From contig OX597815.1 of assembly GCA_951406725.2 (NCBI GenBank), forward strand, positions 44,330,001-44,394,000: a stretch of 64,000 nucleotides of DNA, read 5' to 3'. The notes below the pieces were generated by a model, which ran no database searches, was not told the origin of the DNA, and saw only the letters and a list, made by a program, of their open reading frames with translations. The DNA comes from Octopus vulgaris (taxonomy: Eukaryota). The position numbers and the translations under genes were made by a program. This document shows positions 27,650 to 41,930 of the stretch, piece by piece; position 1 is the stretch's first letter; each line of letters starts with the position of its first letter.

Positions 27650-27876
27650 TATCCTTTAACATGGACTGCAGCCATACTGGAGCAGCGCCTGAAAGGTCAT
27701 TAGTCGAGGAATACAACCCCAGGACTTATTCTTTGTAAGCCTAGTACTTATTTGATCGGTCTCTTGTGCCGAGCTGCTAAGTTACAGGGATGTAAACACA
27801 CCAGCATCGGTTGTTAAGCGAAGGCAACGTGACAAACAGACGCACACATAAATACATACATACATTATATATATTG

Positions 27877-27946
<70 letters not shown>

Positions 27947-28215
27947 TACACACACACACACAATTGTTTATATATTTCACCTTGAAAGGTATTTTAATAT
28001 GCTGGACACTGATAAAATAAAATAAAATTTTATCCTTATATTAGAAGTATATATATACATCGGGCTTCTTTCATTTTCTGTCTATCAAAACAATTCACTA
28101 GGCTTTGGTCAGCCCGATGCTATAGTAGAAGACACTTGCCCAAGGTGCCACGCAGTGGGACTGAACCCGGAGCCATGTAGTTGGGAAGGAAGCTTTTTAA
28201 ACACAAAACCACGCC
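27260..28215. mobile_element. Tail-to-tail family-A SINE pair (27260-27614 plus, diverged; 27650-28215 minus)
   Basis: ctccagcatggccgtagtcc faces ggactgcagccatactggag across (TA)n. Confidence 0.75.
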
Positions 28216-28565
28216 ATATACAGTAGCATTGGGAACGGGAGTACGAAGTGACTACCAGACTGAATAACAATTCATCATAATTGCCTCCTTTTAATTCTTT
28301 TACGTTATATTGGTTTCAAATTTTGGCAAAAGACCAACAATTTTGGGGATGATGTAAGTCGATTAAATCGACCTTAGTTCTCAACTGGTAGTTATTTTAT
28401 CGACTCTGTTATGACTTGAGGCAAAGTCGACCTTGGAGGAATTTGAACTCAAAACGTTAATACTGACGAATTGCGGCTAAGCATTTTGCCCGTTGATGCT
28501 AAGCATTTTTCCCGTAACGATTTTGCCAACTCACCAATCTTCTTTCTTGTAATATATTTGATAAA

Positions 28566-29120
28566 GCGGCGAGCTGGCAGAAACGTTAGCACGCCGGGCG
28601 AAGTGCTCAGCAGTATTTCGTCTGTCGCTACGTTCTGAGTTCAAATTCCGCCGAGGTCGACTTTGCCTCTCATCCTTTCGGGGTCGGTTAAATAATTACC
28701 AGTTACGCACTGGGAACGATATAATCGACTTAATCCGTTTGTCTGTCCTTGTTTGTCCAAAGAAATAGGTATTTCGTCTGCCGTTACGTTCTGAGTTCGA
28801 ATTCCGCCGAGGTCGACTTTGCCTTTCATCCTTTCGGGGTCGATTGAATAAGTACCAGTTACGCACTGGGGACGATATAATCGACTTAATCCGTTTGTCT
28901 GTCCTTGTTTGTCTCTTCTGTGTTTAGCCCCTTGTAGGTTGTAAAGAAACAGGTATTTCGTTTGTCTTTATGTTCTGAGCTCAAATTCTGCCGAGGTTAA
29001 CTTGCCTTTCATCTTTTCGGGGTCGATAAATTAAGTACAAGTTGCGTTCTGGGGTCGATCTAATCGACTAGCCCCCTCCCCCAAATTTCAGGCTTTTTGC
29101 CTAGAGTAGAAAAGAATATT
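28566..29120 (+). mobile_element. SINE family B with three tandem internal cores
   Basis: Core gtatttcgtctg..ttctgag..gtcgactttgcc restarts near 28614, 28769 and 28953. Confidence 0.9.
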
Positions 29121-29371
29121 TATATTTAATATCAAGGCGGCGAACTGATGGAATCGTTAGCCCGCCGAGCAAGATGCTTAGTGACATTTCGTCTGTCTTA
29201 AAGGTTCTGAGTTCAAATTCTGCCGAGGTTGACTTTGCTTTTCATCTTATCGGCGGTCGATAAAATAAGTACCACTTGAGCACTGGGGTCGATGTAATTG
29301 AGTTACTCCCTCCTCAAAATAGTTGGCCTTGAGCCAAAATTTGAAATCAATATTCATATTTAATACTACAA

Positions 29372-29533
29372 GGCGCAGGGATGGCTCTGTGGTAAGAACC
29401 TTGCTTCCCAACCACATGGTTCCGAGTTCAGTCCCAATGCGTGAAACTTTGGGCAAGTGTCTTCTACTATAGCCTCGGGCCGTCCAAGGCATTGTGAGTG
29501 GATTTGGTCGACGGAAACTGAAAGAAGCCTGTC

Positions 29534-29598
<65 letters not shown>

Positions 29599-29800
29599 TT
29601 TGTGTCTGTGTTTGTCCTCCACCATCGCTTGACAACCGATGCTGGTGTGTTTGCGTCCCCGTAACTTAGCGTTTCAGCAAAAGAGACCGATGGAATAAGT
29701 ATCAGTACTACAAGGAATAAGTCTTGGGGTAGATTTGCTCGACCAAAGTTGATGCTCCAGCATGGCCGCAGTCAAACGACTGAAACAAACAGAAGAATAA
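29372..29800 (+). mobile_element. SINE family A, full length
   Basis: ggcgcagggatggctctgtggtaag head to gactgaaac tail. Confidence 0.9.
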
Positions 29801-30498
29801 ATGAAAAAAAAAAAAAACCTGGTTGAAATTCAGCCGATGCCAACTTTGTCTTTCATCCTTTCGGGGTCGATAAAATAAGTGCCAGTTGAACATTGGGATC
29901 CATTTAATCTATTAATCCCTAACACCGTAATTGCTGGCCTTGTACCAAAATTCGAAACCAATATTACAATCAGTGTTATAAATACTCAATTTATGTGCTT
30001 AATTTTCAATACATAAATATGACTCATAATTTTTGTCTTTGACATACCTTGTTAGGCTCATAAGCCCAGCTTCCCAATATCTGTGGCGAATATACCACTA
30101 TAATGCTACTCTGGAAGAGATTTCAAGGGATGTTCCACTATTTGTTTGTTTGGCAGACTTTGGACGCAGGACTATCTAATTTCCTCCGCTTTCCAAGGTT
30201 TGTATTCGAAACCAGACTATCATAATATAGATCTTGGGAAGAGTTACCAAGCCATATGTATCTCATCTGTGACTAACCGAAATTGTGGAGACATTATGCT
30301 ATCAGCACCACCTGATACGCTGAAATGCGTAATGTTTAAATGTAAAAACAGAGAAAACTGGCAGAATCGCTACAAGTAGCAGCCGTAACAACAGCAATGT
30401 TATCTTCATGGCACTCACCACTATAAAGAGCAATACATTTCCCACCATCATTTCTACCGCCATAAATTCACAAAACAATAGTTTACCAAAATCATAGT

Positions 30499-31135
30499 TG
30501 AAGTATTGCTTCACCCATGACGTGATAAGCATTACTTATTACGACTTGAAGCGCAAATCCCGTTGGAGGTAGAAAAGCTAAATAAAAATGAACAACTCAT
30601 TAAAGGTACGTGAACAGCAACGCCAGGATTGAAAGTCCTACCTCAGTGCAAACCGATAAACGTAAGAAAGATGTATAGGGTTCATATTGTTCCTCAGAGA
30701 AGGAAGGCAATACGAAAGGGGACTAGGCTTTTCTTTTATCGTAATGAAGAGGAGGCTAGAATACAGCTAGCCATACAAATATAAAAAGAGGTCGACTTTG
30801 CCCTTTGTCCTTTGGGGCGGGGTCGATAAATTAAGTACCTATCAAACACTGGAGTCGATGTAATCTAAAATATTTCAGGTCTTGTGCCTATACTAGAAAA
30901 ATATTATTATTCAGTTGTAAAGAATAAAGAATAGAGGAGTAAAAGATCAGTGAAGTCACATAGTGGTTAAGATAATTAGTTAATGACTGGGTTACGATAA
31001 TGGGTGGTAACTGAAGTATTGCTTTACCCATAATGTAATAAACATTACTTATTACGACTTGAAACGCTCATTCTGTGGAAGGTAGACAAGCTAAATACAA
31101 ATGAACAGCTCATTACAGGTACGTGAACAGCAACG
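30499..31135 (+). repeat. 124-bp ungapped direct repeat (30499-30622, 31012-31135)
   Basis: About 16 substitutions by eye, no indels, offset 513 bp. Confidence 0.9.
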
Positions 31136-31925
31136 AGTTGAGTGCCGAAGTTATATGAACCCAATGATGAGTGGTGAGGTGTGGACGGGCAAAAAGAAAG
31201 GTTATGATTGAATGATTGTTAGTCGATAAGTTTTGTTGAGATATGATGAAACTCCTTTGATGGGCGGACCGCTATATTTGTGAAAGTTACATTATTATGT
31301 AAATTAAATCATTATCTCCATCGTCGTCAAAATCACCACCATTAAAATCACCATCATCAACATCGCCATCGTCACCATTGCCATCATTATCATCCTCATC
31401 ATCGTCATCACCACCACCACCATCATCATTATCATTGGCAATTCACAACACATATAATTTGCACGTACAATCATAAACTATGGATATTTATGTAAATACC
31501 TTGGTCGTCATTAAGTCGTAAACATTTTTTTTTTAAATCGTTGATTTGATTTTCGATTACTGTTGGTTAAGGGAACAAAACTTGAAAGAAGCCCTTCCAA
31601 TTGATCTAACACGTAAGCGGGTCATGTAACTATAGATGTGTGTAATTCACAAACAAAAGCTTAAAACGTCATGTAGATTTGTTAGTGACAATAGAAAAGG
31701 AGTTGTCAGGTTATATTATTCAATATAATCGTAATGAAGGCGGAGAATTTACCGAATCGTTAGAGCGCCGAATACATTACTTTGCGGTTTTCTTTCTGAC
31801 TCTCTACACTCTGAATTTAAATACTGCCGAGATCAACTTTACCTGTTATCTTTACGAAATCGATAAATAAAATGCCAATCTTTTGCTACGGTTTATCCTT
31901 CTCCCTTCTTCCCTCTTTCTCTTCC

Positions 31926-31974
<49 letters not shown>

Positions 31975-33349
31975 ACCCTTTCTCTGAGTTCCTTTTCTTC
32001 TCTTCCTTGCCCCTCTGTCATGAGGAAATCTACAGTAACCTGACCTGAAGAATTACGTACACTGGCAAGTTTAAAAGAACCCAAGACTCCTTGCCTCACA
32101 ACGGTACCCCAATGACCTTATCAGGAGATTAGGACCCAAGGCAAGGTAATACAAGCCTAACGTAGCCTTTGCTGTCATATTAGTAAGTTTGGGGGAAATC
32201 GCATCCGTAACCAGAGTTCAAATTTCTGGATGAATCGCTTTTGGAACTGTTTAGACATCAATTTCATACTTAATGGTTTCGCTAAATGAGTTTCAATACG
32301 AATGATGAGTTCACAACTGAGCATATCCACGCTATAGACTTCACATTTCATGCTTATGTACGTAACGATTATTATTTGATAAAAGAAGGTATATTTTATG
32401 TTTGAATGCTGGAACTTTTCAGAATATACTGATACAGTTGGTAAGCTAAAGTAACATGACACACACTTGAGTTAGCACCACCACCGTAACGGAATAAAAA
32501 TAAAATAACAGCAATAAAACTTTCTATGGGGTACTTTAAGCGGTCGTTCAATCTGTTAGAAATTGCAACCCCATTTCATCTAAAATAAAATTACATCGAC
32601 GTATAAAAGAAATTGGATACTTTCGCCCAAGATACACTGTGCCTAAAAAACGACGATAACAATCTTCAGAAGTAAAAACCCCCGTAAGTGATTTTGCCTT
32701 TTATCGTTTCGGGTTCGATAAAAATAACGTTCAAATACGGAGCGGTGGGGTGAGTGGCTCAATGTAATCCATTTGTCCCCTCCTCTTAAAATTTCAGACC
32801 TTGAGCCCTACAACGGACCGGGGTCCCTTTCAGAAGCAATATTGTGATCGCGGTCATTTATACCCTATGAAAAGCGAGTAACCAACCACACGAGTCCTTG
32901 AGCTCGCGAAGTTTTTTTTTTCCACAAGAACATCTCCCTTTTCAACTATTATACTGAATATGCCAATAGGATAAAAAAATAAATCCTTTAAAGTGTTCCC
33001 TGTTTTATTTAAGTACTTGTCCTTGAATAATATTTCTGTACATATCTTTATTTTTGTATCTGTTTTCCACGCTACTTTTTCCCTCCAAAATATATAGAAT
33101 AATAACTGGAGTATTTTCATTCTTCCATAAAGTGATTTTCAGTTAATAGAGCGAGTCACAATTGTCATCAAATAAATTGTCTGCTTTTCTTCTCTATCAG
33201 AGCGATGTATTGCGGAGTACTTCACATCTAAGTAATTCAATTTGCTGATAAATGTATGATGTATATGTATTTGGGTATACATATGTATATGTACAATGCC
33301 TATGTGTGACACACACACATGTATGTATGTATGTATGTATGTATGTATG

Positions 33350-33380
<31 letters not shown>

Positions 33381-33674
33381 GTATAGTATCGACGAATCAC
33401 GTGTATATCAACAAAAGAAGTCGACCTCAATATCGTTGAAAATAGAGGACAATTTATTAAATACCATAAGCATGTAGTTCTTACATTGAGAACTCCATGT
33501 TTCTGGATAGCAATTTGATTGGCGCCGTTCTTCAGTTCTTGCAAGTGCGTTACACCATCACTCTAAAGTGGACTGTCCTTGATATTTAAACGGTTTAAGA
33601 GGAACAAGCAATGCTGCTATGATTTATTATGAGATCTTGAGAAAACAGGCCCTTATATGTTCCTGTATGGTTAA

Positions 33675-34062
33675 AAGTTAAAATAAATTAAAGTAGAATA
33701 TATTCAATAATTGAAAGGAAGTAAAATTAAAAATAAAAATCAATCAAAATTAAAAACTTATTTAAAAATTTAGAATATTAAAAATATTTTAAAAATTTAA
33801 TATAATGATAAGATGAAAATCAAAATTGTTTAAGTTTAGATTACCGTAACAAAAACAATTTTGAATTTTTGAAATTAAAAGTAAAAATTAAATAAGAATT
33901 AAAAATTAAATTATGTTGAAAAAATTCTAAATTTAAAAAACGAAATTAAAACAATAAAGAATTAAAAATCAAATTATTAAAATTATTAAAAGTATTAAAA
34001 ACTGAAAAATTTAATTAGAAATTTTATATTAATATGAAAAACTGAAATTTAAAATCATAAAA
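33675..34062 (+). repeat. Extremely AT-rich AAAATT-type low-complexity tract
   Basis: Directly visible. Confidence 0.8.
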
Positions 34063-34371
34063 GAATAGCCACTGGAAAAGTTATAATATTGGCAGTGCCT
34101 CAATATGGTCTCAGCCTTTGGCCTCTAAACGCATAGAAGAATAAAAGAATAAACAATTGTGGGATTGTTATGTTTGGATATGGTGATATTTTGCCAACTA
34201 AACACACACACACTATATGTTTCTTCTAAAGCTGAAGTAAAGACCAAGTGTGTATAGTGCGTGTGTTTCATTGCTAGAATATGACCAGCCCAAGTATAAC
34301 AATATTTGTGTCAACGCACGATTTCACAACAAGAATCTTGCAAAACCAAATACATAAGTGTAATGATATGA

Positions 34372-34422
<51 letters not shown>

Positions 34423-34469
34423 TATATACATACATATATACATACACATATATACATACACATATATAC

Positions 34470-34526
<57 letters not shown>

Positions 34527-34529
<3 letters not shown>

Positions 34530-34786
34530 TCAAATCCTTAAAAAGGTTTCAGCCCGAAGGCTGCGGCCATGCTGGGGCACCACCGCTGAATGAGCTACAC
34601 TAATATGTGAATCTACCTCTGATACGTGGCACTTGGTCAACAAGGGAGTTCGATGCCGCTGCCCGCATCTGTGTCTCCTGTCGTGAGGTAGGTTCATCTG
34701 GGACCCCCGACAAGAAGAGATCCAGTTTAGTTTTAAAGAAACCCACATCCACACCACGCAAGTCTCTCAGGCATTTAGGGAGGATA
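34527..34786 (-). mobile_element. 5'-truncated CR1-group LINE 3' end inserted in (TA)n
   Basis: [43 protein letters not shown] (LP..LR..FK.KLD.FL motif); short 3' UTR with stem-loop and AGGATTT-like repeats. Confidence 0.8.
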
Positions 34787-34789
34787 TAC

Positions 34790-34824
<35 letters not shown>

Positions 34825-34847
34825 CATATATATATACATATATCTAT

Positions 34848-34878
<31 letters not shown>

Positions 34879-34949
34879 CATATATATTCATATATATATA
34901 TATACATATATCTATATGCAAATATATATATACATATATATATATGCAA

Positions 34950-35012
<63 letters not shown>

Positions 35013-35015
<3 letters not shown>

Positions 35016-35846
35016 TGTATCACCCCATAAATGCGGTTTTTCAATTGCATGAACTAAAAGCCAGAGTGGGTCGGGATAAACTACCTGCATCAACTTGCTA
35101 TAAAAGCAGGTAGTAATCTTACCTTGCATTTATTCTTAGTGCAAGGTTTGAAGAGTGCAGCTCAATTTTAACAGTTATTTTATCAAAGCTATAATGGAAG
35201 TGACAAAGGAACATATTCGGTAAATTTTGCTTTATGAGTTCAATAAAAGCAACAACGCAACGGAAAGTGTCAACAGTGGTTCCAGAAATCCCGAGCCGGA
35301 AATTACAGCTTAGAAGACGAGCCTCGTCTTGGAAGATCTGTAGAGCTCGACAAGCAAATCCTGCAAACCTTGGTGGAACAAAATTCCGTCGAAACTGTTG
35401 AGGAGCTAGCAGAGAAGCTTGGATTTGGTCATTCAACCATTCATCGACACCCGCGTACCATCGGAAAATGACCATCTTTGGTTTCAAGACGAAAGGTGTT
35501 CTTCCATCAGGATAATGCTCAGCCACATGCAGCGACATTCCAAAGGCTGGAGCAGTTTGAATGGTAATCGATGTCCACCCATCATATTCGCCGGACATTG
35601 CCGCATCTGATTAGCATTTATTCCACAGTCTTCAAAAGTATTTGGATGGAAAAAAATATGAATTCTGTAGACGAGGTCAGAACAGTACTCGAGGAGTATT
35701 GTTCGTCACGGACAAATGAATTTTGGAAGCGGGACCTTTTGGAAGCAGATAGATGGAAGAGCATTGTAGAGAATGAAGGAACTTTGTTCATCTCAATTTT
35801 GAAAAATAAAAGTATAAAAAAACGCATTATTTATGGGATGACTCAA
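35013..35846 (+). mobile_element. Second copy of the 6175 mariner family, multiply deleted, in (TA)n
   Basis: Same TIR and MEVTKEHIR start; deletions near 35268 and 35467. Confidence 0.9.
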
Positions 35847-35893
<47 letters not shown>

Positions 35894-36209
35894 AGCTAGG
35901 CGCAATGTAATATCATAAAGGAAAAATTCAATCGTCACCAAGAGTGACTAGGGCCTACTCACCTACATTGCTAGAAATAAAAGTTAAAATACTCTTAATG
36001 CTGTGGGAAGAGCTCGGGTGCATACAACACATGCCGACATGGGAGGTAACCGCCCCTTGTCGTCTCAAAAATCCTGAGAGTAGACATTTTGTTTCGTCTC
36101 TTCCGTATACATCGTCAGTGAGGACTGCTCGAACGGCACATATTTGGCTAATTTCGCCTGTCAGCATGTGTGTATTTACCATGTATGTATGTATGTATGT
36201 ATGTATATG

Positions 36210-36300
<91 letters not shown>

Positions 36301-36462
36301 TTTTCCATGCTTTTTTAAATGCTCTCGTTTCTCATTTTGTCCACGTTTTTGACGTCCTAAACCCATATATGCATGTATATATACATATATATGTAGGCGT
36401 GTAAATGTATGTGTGTATATATACACACATATTATGTATGTGTGTATATATACACACATATA

Positions 36463-36512
<50 letters not shown>

Positions 36513-36830
36513 GAGAAAGGGAGAGAGAGAGAGAGAGAGAGTAAGGGTCTAAATATCTGGTGATCAATGATGATGTGTGGGTTTATCAGAAAATCTGAAT
36601 ATGAACTATAGGGAAGTAAGAATGCATGCGAAACTATGTGGTCGCCTGTTTATAGCATACATAACACTACGCTAGGCTAGTCCACATATATTATCCTATA
36701 CACGCCCACATACACGTGCATTCATGGTTCGTTCCATATGGGTTGATAAGCTTAACACGCAAAATAATATATAAGTAAATAATATAAGTTGACACGAACG
36801 AATAACACTTAATATTAATAAACATGAAGA

Positions 36831-37405
36831 TGGTGACCTTGAGAGAATCGTTAGCGCACCGGGCAAAGTGCTTAGCGGCATTTTATCTGCCGTTACGTTC
36901 TGAGTTCAAATTCCGCCGAGATCGACTTTGCCTTTCATCCTTTCGGGGTCGATTATATAAGTACCAGTTACGCACTGGGGTCGATATAATCAACTTAATC
37001 CGTTTGTCTGTCCTTGTTTGTCCTCTCTGTGTTTAGCCCCTTGTGGGCAGTAAAGAAATAGGTATTTCGTCTGCCGCTACGTTCTGAGTTCAAATTCCGC
37101 CGAGGTCGACTTTGCCTTTCAGCCTTTCGGGGTCGATTAAATAACTACCAGCTACGCACTGGGGTCGATATAATCGACTTAATCCGTTTATCTGTCCTTG
37201 TTTGTTCTCTCTGTGTGTAGACCCCTGTGGGCAGTAAAGAAATTGGCATTTTGTCTGTCTTCATGTTCTGAGTTCCAATTCCGCCGAGGTCGACTTTGCC
37301 TTTTATCCTTTCAGGTCGATAAAATAAGTACCAGCGGAACACTAGGGTCGACGTAATCGACTAAACCCCACTCCCCGAAATGACTAGTCTTGTGCCGAAA
37401 TTTGA
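36831..37405 (+). mobile_element. SINE family B trimer
   Basis: Cores near 36879, 37062 and 37246 (period ~184 bp). Confidence 0.9.
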
Positions 37406-39699
37406 GATTAATCTTAATATGCATGAAGGCGACGGCCTGGAAGAATCGTTAGCACGCCGGGCAAAATGCTTAGGAGCATTGCGTCAGTCTTTATGTTCTG
37501 AGTTCAAATTCTGCCGAGGCTGACTTTGCCTGTTATCCTTTCGAGGACGATAAAATAAAAACCATTTGAACACTGGAGACGATGCAATCAACTTATACCC
37601 TCCTCCTTAATTTGTGACCAAGTGCCAAAATATCATCGTAACACACACACCTGAAAAAATTATCAACAAAGTCGATTTTTTCAGCAAAAACTGCACCTCG
37701 AAGATCGACCCTTCACTTAAGGACCAAAAATTACTTAACGCTTCCCCTTGCCCTCAAAAATATTTCTGACACTCTAGAAGGCATCCACAACTGCACCACT
37801 CACAAACGTACTCCTTCACAGAGAGCCCCAGTCTGTAACATATGTATCCTGTCTCATCTTTCTACCTTTTCTACCGATATTATAATGGCCTCTGTTCTTT
37901 GGAGCAAACTATTCTTGTTTCATCTCGACTAAGACCTCCTTACGACTTATTTCTCCTCTCATCATCCATGATGTGTCCAATATCCCAGACTTTTGCTCTA
38001 ATCAATATTACTGGTTCTATCCCACTCTCACAACATTGACCTCCTGGAATCTTTGCCCCACTCTTGCTTTCCTTCAGATGTCAAAATGTGTCAGTTTGTA
38101 AAAGTTTACGCGAAACATTAACAGTAACGCTAATACTATAACCCCGAGCCGACGTTTGCATTATGAATGTATTTCGTAGTTGGACACTTGTGTGGAAGTC
38201 CGCCATATCTGTGGGTCTCTGTCTGAGTAATTATGTTTGCATTTCCCTTCCACCCACACCGCAAAATCCACGATAGAATAATTACCATATTTATGAAAAA
38301 CAAAAACAGCATTGGGGTCGATTTGTTCGACTAAATCTTTCAAGGCGATGCCCCAGCAATGCCGCAGTACAATGACCGACGCGAATAAAAAAAAAAAGAT
38401 ATATCTGTGACGGTGCTTCTGCCGCATACGCTAACTATTCTAGATATATGAACGCTAATTAGCTAATTATTAAAGACTGGCAGACAGACACTTTGTTTCG
38501 TGTCTGTTACTCTCTTACCGCTACTACAACGTTCTTTTCTCAGCTGAGTTTTAGTTTAAGACAGATGGTCCCAATACGTTAATATATCCCCTCATTTCTA
38601 TTATGTCTCATTTCCCAGATCATACTCCGAACACGTCATTGAAACGTTTCCTCACCTAGAACTGTATCTTTTGTCTGTGTTCTTTCCGTTTGTCGTCCAG
38701 ACCTAAAACCTACAGCTGTTCAAACAGAACATCAATCGCATCAACTTCTTCGGTTTCTAGAGCCTGCGAAGGTCATCAACGTTGCCTGTCTTTCTCTGAC
38801 GAATATATTAATAAAAACAGCTGTACTACAATAATGACTTTTGAAAAGATATAAATACCAAAAACCCTTCCTTTTTTTTATTTTACTTTTTGCATTTCCC
38901 CAAATATGCCTCATCAAAACATTAGTATTAATACAATTACTGAAATTTTAAGGTGACGAGTTGGCAGAATCGTTAGCACACAGGGCAAAAAATAATGCTT
39001 AATGGCGTTTCGTCCGTCTCAAATTCCGCCGATGAAAACATTACTTTTCACCCCTTTCGGGGGGTGAACAGAGTATTACATGAGTAAGTTCTACAATATG
39101 TGTGGAAAAAGAGAGCTTAAAATTTGGTATGAATTAAACACACAAAATTGTAGATTATACGAAAACACAATTTAGACAGAAAATTAAAGCAAACTAAAAA
39201 CAAGTTACGTAACCCACCCACACATAGGAGAGAGCAACTAACTCGGGGGTAAAACGCTCTATGACTGCCTAACTACCACTCGTCATACTGAAACACAGTA
39301 CACCGGATACGTATGTTTTGCGCTGGACGGGGTAGAAAATATTAAACGTCCCTCGGGAAAAGTATGTTTGAGGGTGTGCTAAAACATAACTATAGTCTAT
39401 ATCAACATCCTATCGTTGTTCGTGCATTTCTGAAACCCGCCCTTACTTCCTCTTCCTCGTACGTCGTCATCGCTTTTACGTTTGAGAGATCTCAGCTATG
39501 ATTTCAGATCTATGTCGCTTACTCTCACAGTCGTGAACTCCCTCCCTATCACCCCGTTGGGTATGTGTTCCATTCTTTTATTTTGTATTCTTACTGCTCT
39601 TACTCAATAACCTTCTCTCAGCCCAATTTTTTTCTTTTCTTTTTTTTTTTTTAGGTTTTTGTCTCAGCAACAGATTGTCACTTTTCTTCAGCCCCCATT

Positions 39700-40130
39700 T
39701 TTTTTATATCGGGGATAGATGGTGTGATACCTCTGGGAGAAGAGAAAGTTCTGCTTCGTCCTGTTTAGTACAGAGAACGAAGCGTTGTTTTCGAGCAACC
39801 TGAGAGATGTCTATATTGTTCCGCAAAATGTGACAACTACTATGACTTTTGTATAGTACAGGCATGTGTATTGCAGAATTAGCCAATCGGCAATTGTAAG
39901 ATACACCGATTCGTGTTCTCACCTCGCCCCGTCTTGTCTCGCCTTCTGTCTTGAAGGCCAGGTAGCCACTTCCGCACGCCCTACCCTGGCAGATGGAGAG
40001 CATACACACACACACACAGAGGCTATAACTTCCTCTAATTCTTCATTTAGGGGCATAATGAAAGCTCATCCCGCTTCCGCAGTACTGAGGTTTGTTACAT
40101 CCCTTATTTCCTCAGGCTAGGAGGCATTCT
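39700..40130 (-). mobile_element. Possible decayed LINE ORF1 (zinc-knuckle) remnant
   Basis: GC-richer island; YLAFKTE and frameshifted C-H..H....C-like residues; weak. Confidence 0.3.
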
Positions 40131-40406
40131 CTTTTATGACACATTGCTGTCTTCCTCTTTCCCCCCACTTTTTTTTTGTTGTTGATTGAATTCGATTTAT
40201 GTACAAACGTTAGCAATGCCGGTAAAACTCTTCGATTGGCATTAACATTCACACTCAAGAATATGTGTATGTGAATGTTATAATTGTTGTTATTGTTGTC
40301 AAAATTGTTGCTTGGGCTTTTCTCACTAATGTCGCTGCTTAAAGACGCGTGATAATCGTTCTCTATAAAATGTGTGTTTTGTTGTACAATATGATTTCAT
40401 TGTTTT

Positions 40407-40443
<37 letters not shown>

Positions 40444-40790
40444 TTAAATGCCTGCGAAAAAATGTTTTTTTCTGTTTCTACTGTTCCTTTTGTTTTGTTT
40501 TTTTTCATTGGGCACGGGTGGTCTTCATTTGAAGAATTCATTTTATTTGTTTATGTCTGAAGAAATTATTTTCTTCATAAATTAAAGTCTTTTTCTCCCA
40601 AAAGGAGGCATATAATTCCATGTAGATAATTAATTACGCTTCTACATAAAAGTTACATATTAGATAAAAAAATTTCAATTGTTTCACTTGGTCAATACAC
40701 ATATTGGAGAGTGAGACGGAACACAACTGACTGGCACAAACACAATAATGAAAGGTAAAAGGTTAACTGGGAAAAATATTGAAAGACTAT

Positions 40791-41366
40791 GAAATAAATC
40801 GAGATGGTAACTGCACTCCAGAAATAAGGCGGCGGATAGTACTAGGTAGGGAGGCAATGGTCAGCATGAGTAAGGTCTGGAAGAGTAGAAACATCAGCCT
40901 CGCTACCAAATGCAGATTGGTGAATGCAATCGTCTTCCCAATAACAACATATGGATGCGAGTCCTGGACACTAAAGAAAGCTGACCAGAAGAGAATTAAT
41001 GCATTCGAGCTTTGGTGTTGGAGAAGACTTTTGCGGATTCCATGGACAGCGAGGCTCACCAATGGAGAAGTTCTTAACCAGATCAAGCCGAAACTGTCGC
41101 TAGAAGCTAGGATCACCAAGCATAGATTGGCATATTTTGGTCATATTGTGCGGAGAAAATCCCTGGAGAAGGACATCATCCTCGGAATGGTCAGTGGCAA
41201 GAGAGGAAGAGGTCGACCAAGAACCCGCTGGCTTGACACCATCAAGAGTGACACGGGAATGGCCATAGCCAATCTGAAAGAAGCGACCCAGGATAGAACT
41301 GGCTGGAGAACACTGATCCATCGAGTAACCGAGAGTCGACTTCGACTGAGCGGATAGATAGATAGA
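40791..41366 (+). mobile_element. RTE-BovB-like LINE, 5'-truncated, uninterrupted C-terminal ORF
   Basis: ORF 40779-41357: EIRRRI..K.RLV.AIVFPI.TYGCESWTLKKAD..RINAFELWCWRRLLRIPWTAR..YFGHI.R..SLEK..G.R.RGRPR.RWLD; (GATA)n tail. Confidence 0.93.
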
Positions 41367-41559
41367 AGTTTTTTTTTAATGCTCTAGTAATTTCATCAAT
41401 CTATTGCTTTTGCAGTTTGATTTGGGGACAAGGCTAAGAATTTTAAAGTGAGCATGTTACTCGAAACTATCAATTCCTGTACTTAGACTGATAATTGATT
41501 TTATCTATCCCTCGAAAGGATTTGTACTCAGAAAATAAAGTCCCGGATCAAAGACGAAA

Positions 41560-41930
41560 AGTACAAAACCAAGGCACGATAATGTTGTAAGAATGATTCA
41601 TTGAGATGTCTGGCAAGTATGGATTGGATAGAGAAAAGACATGGCAATGGTAAACACCAGAGGAAGTAATCGAGAATGATAGAGTAAAGGTACTGTGGTA
41701 TATAATGATCCAATGTGATCATATATATTACATGTCCTGGTGATAACAATGTATCGGAAAGAGAAGAGAAACATGTCAGATATGGTGATTTGATGTAGGA
41801 GATAAAAAGACTGTGGTAAATGAAGATGATAAGTGTCGTACTGGTCGTTGTAGAATCCTAGGGAACTAATTACGATGCTCACAAACTAGATTGAAAACAT
41901 AGGCGTTAATGTGAAGATAGAACAAGATAA
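41560..41930 (+). mobile_element. Decayed Dong/R4 LINE endonuclease-region fragment
   Basis: KYGLDREKTW..TPEEVIENDRVKVLW..IQCDH..YGDL..EIKRLW.MK..VVLVVV. Confidence 0.7.

Noticed and set aside
37650-38050. Possible Penelope GIY-YIG remnant
   Set aside because: Only scattered 3-4 residue resemblances across frameshifts; too weak to call
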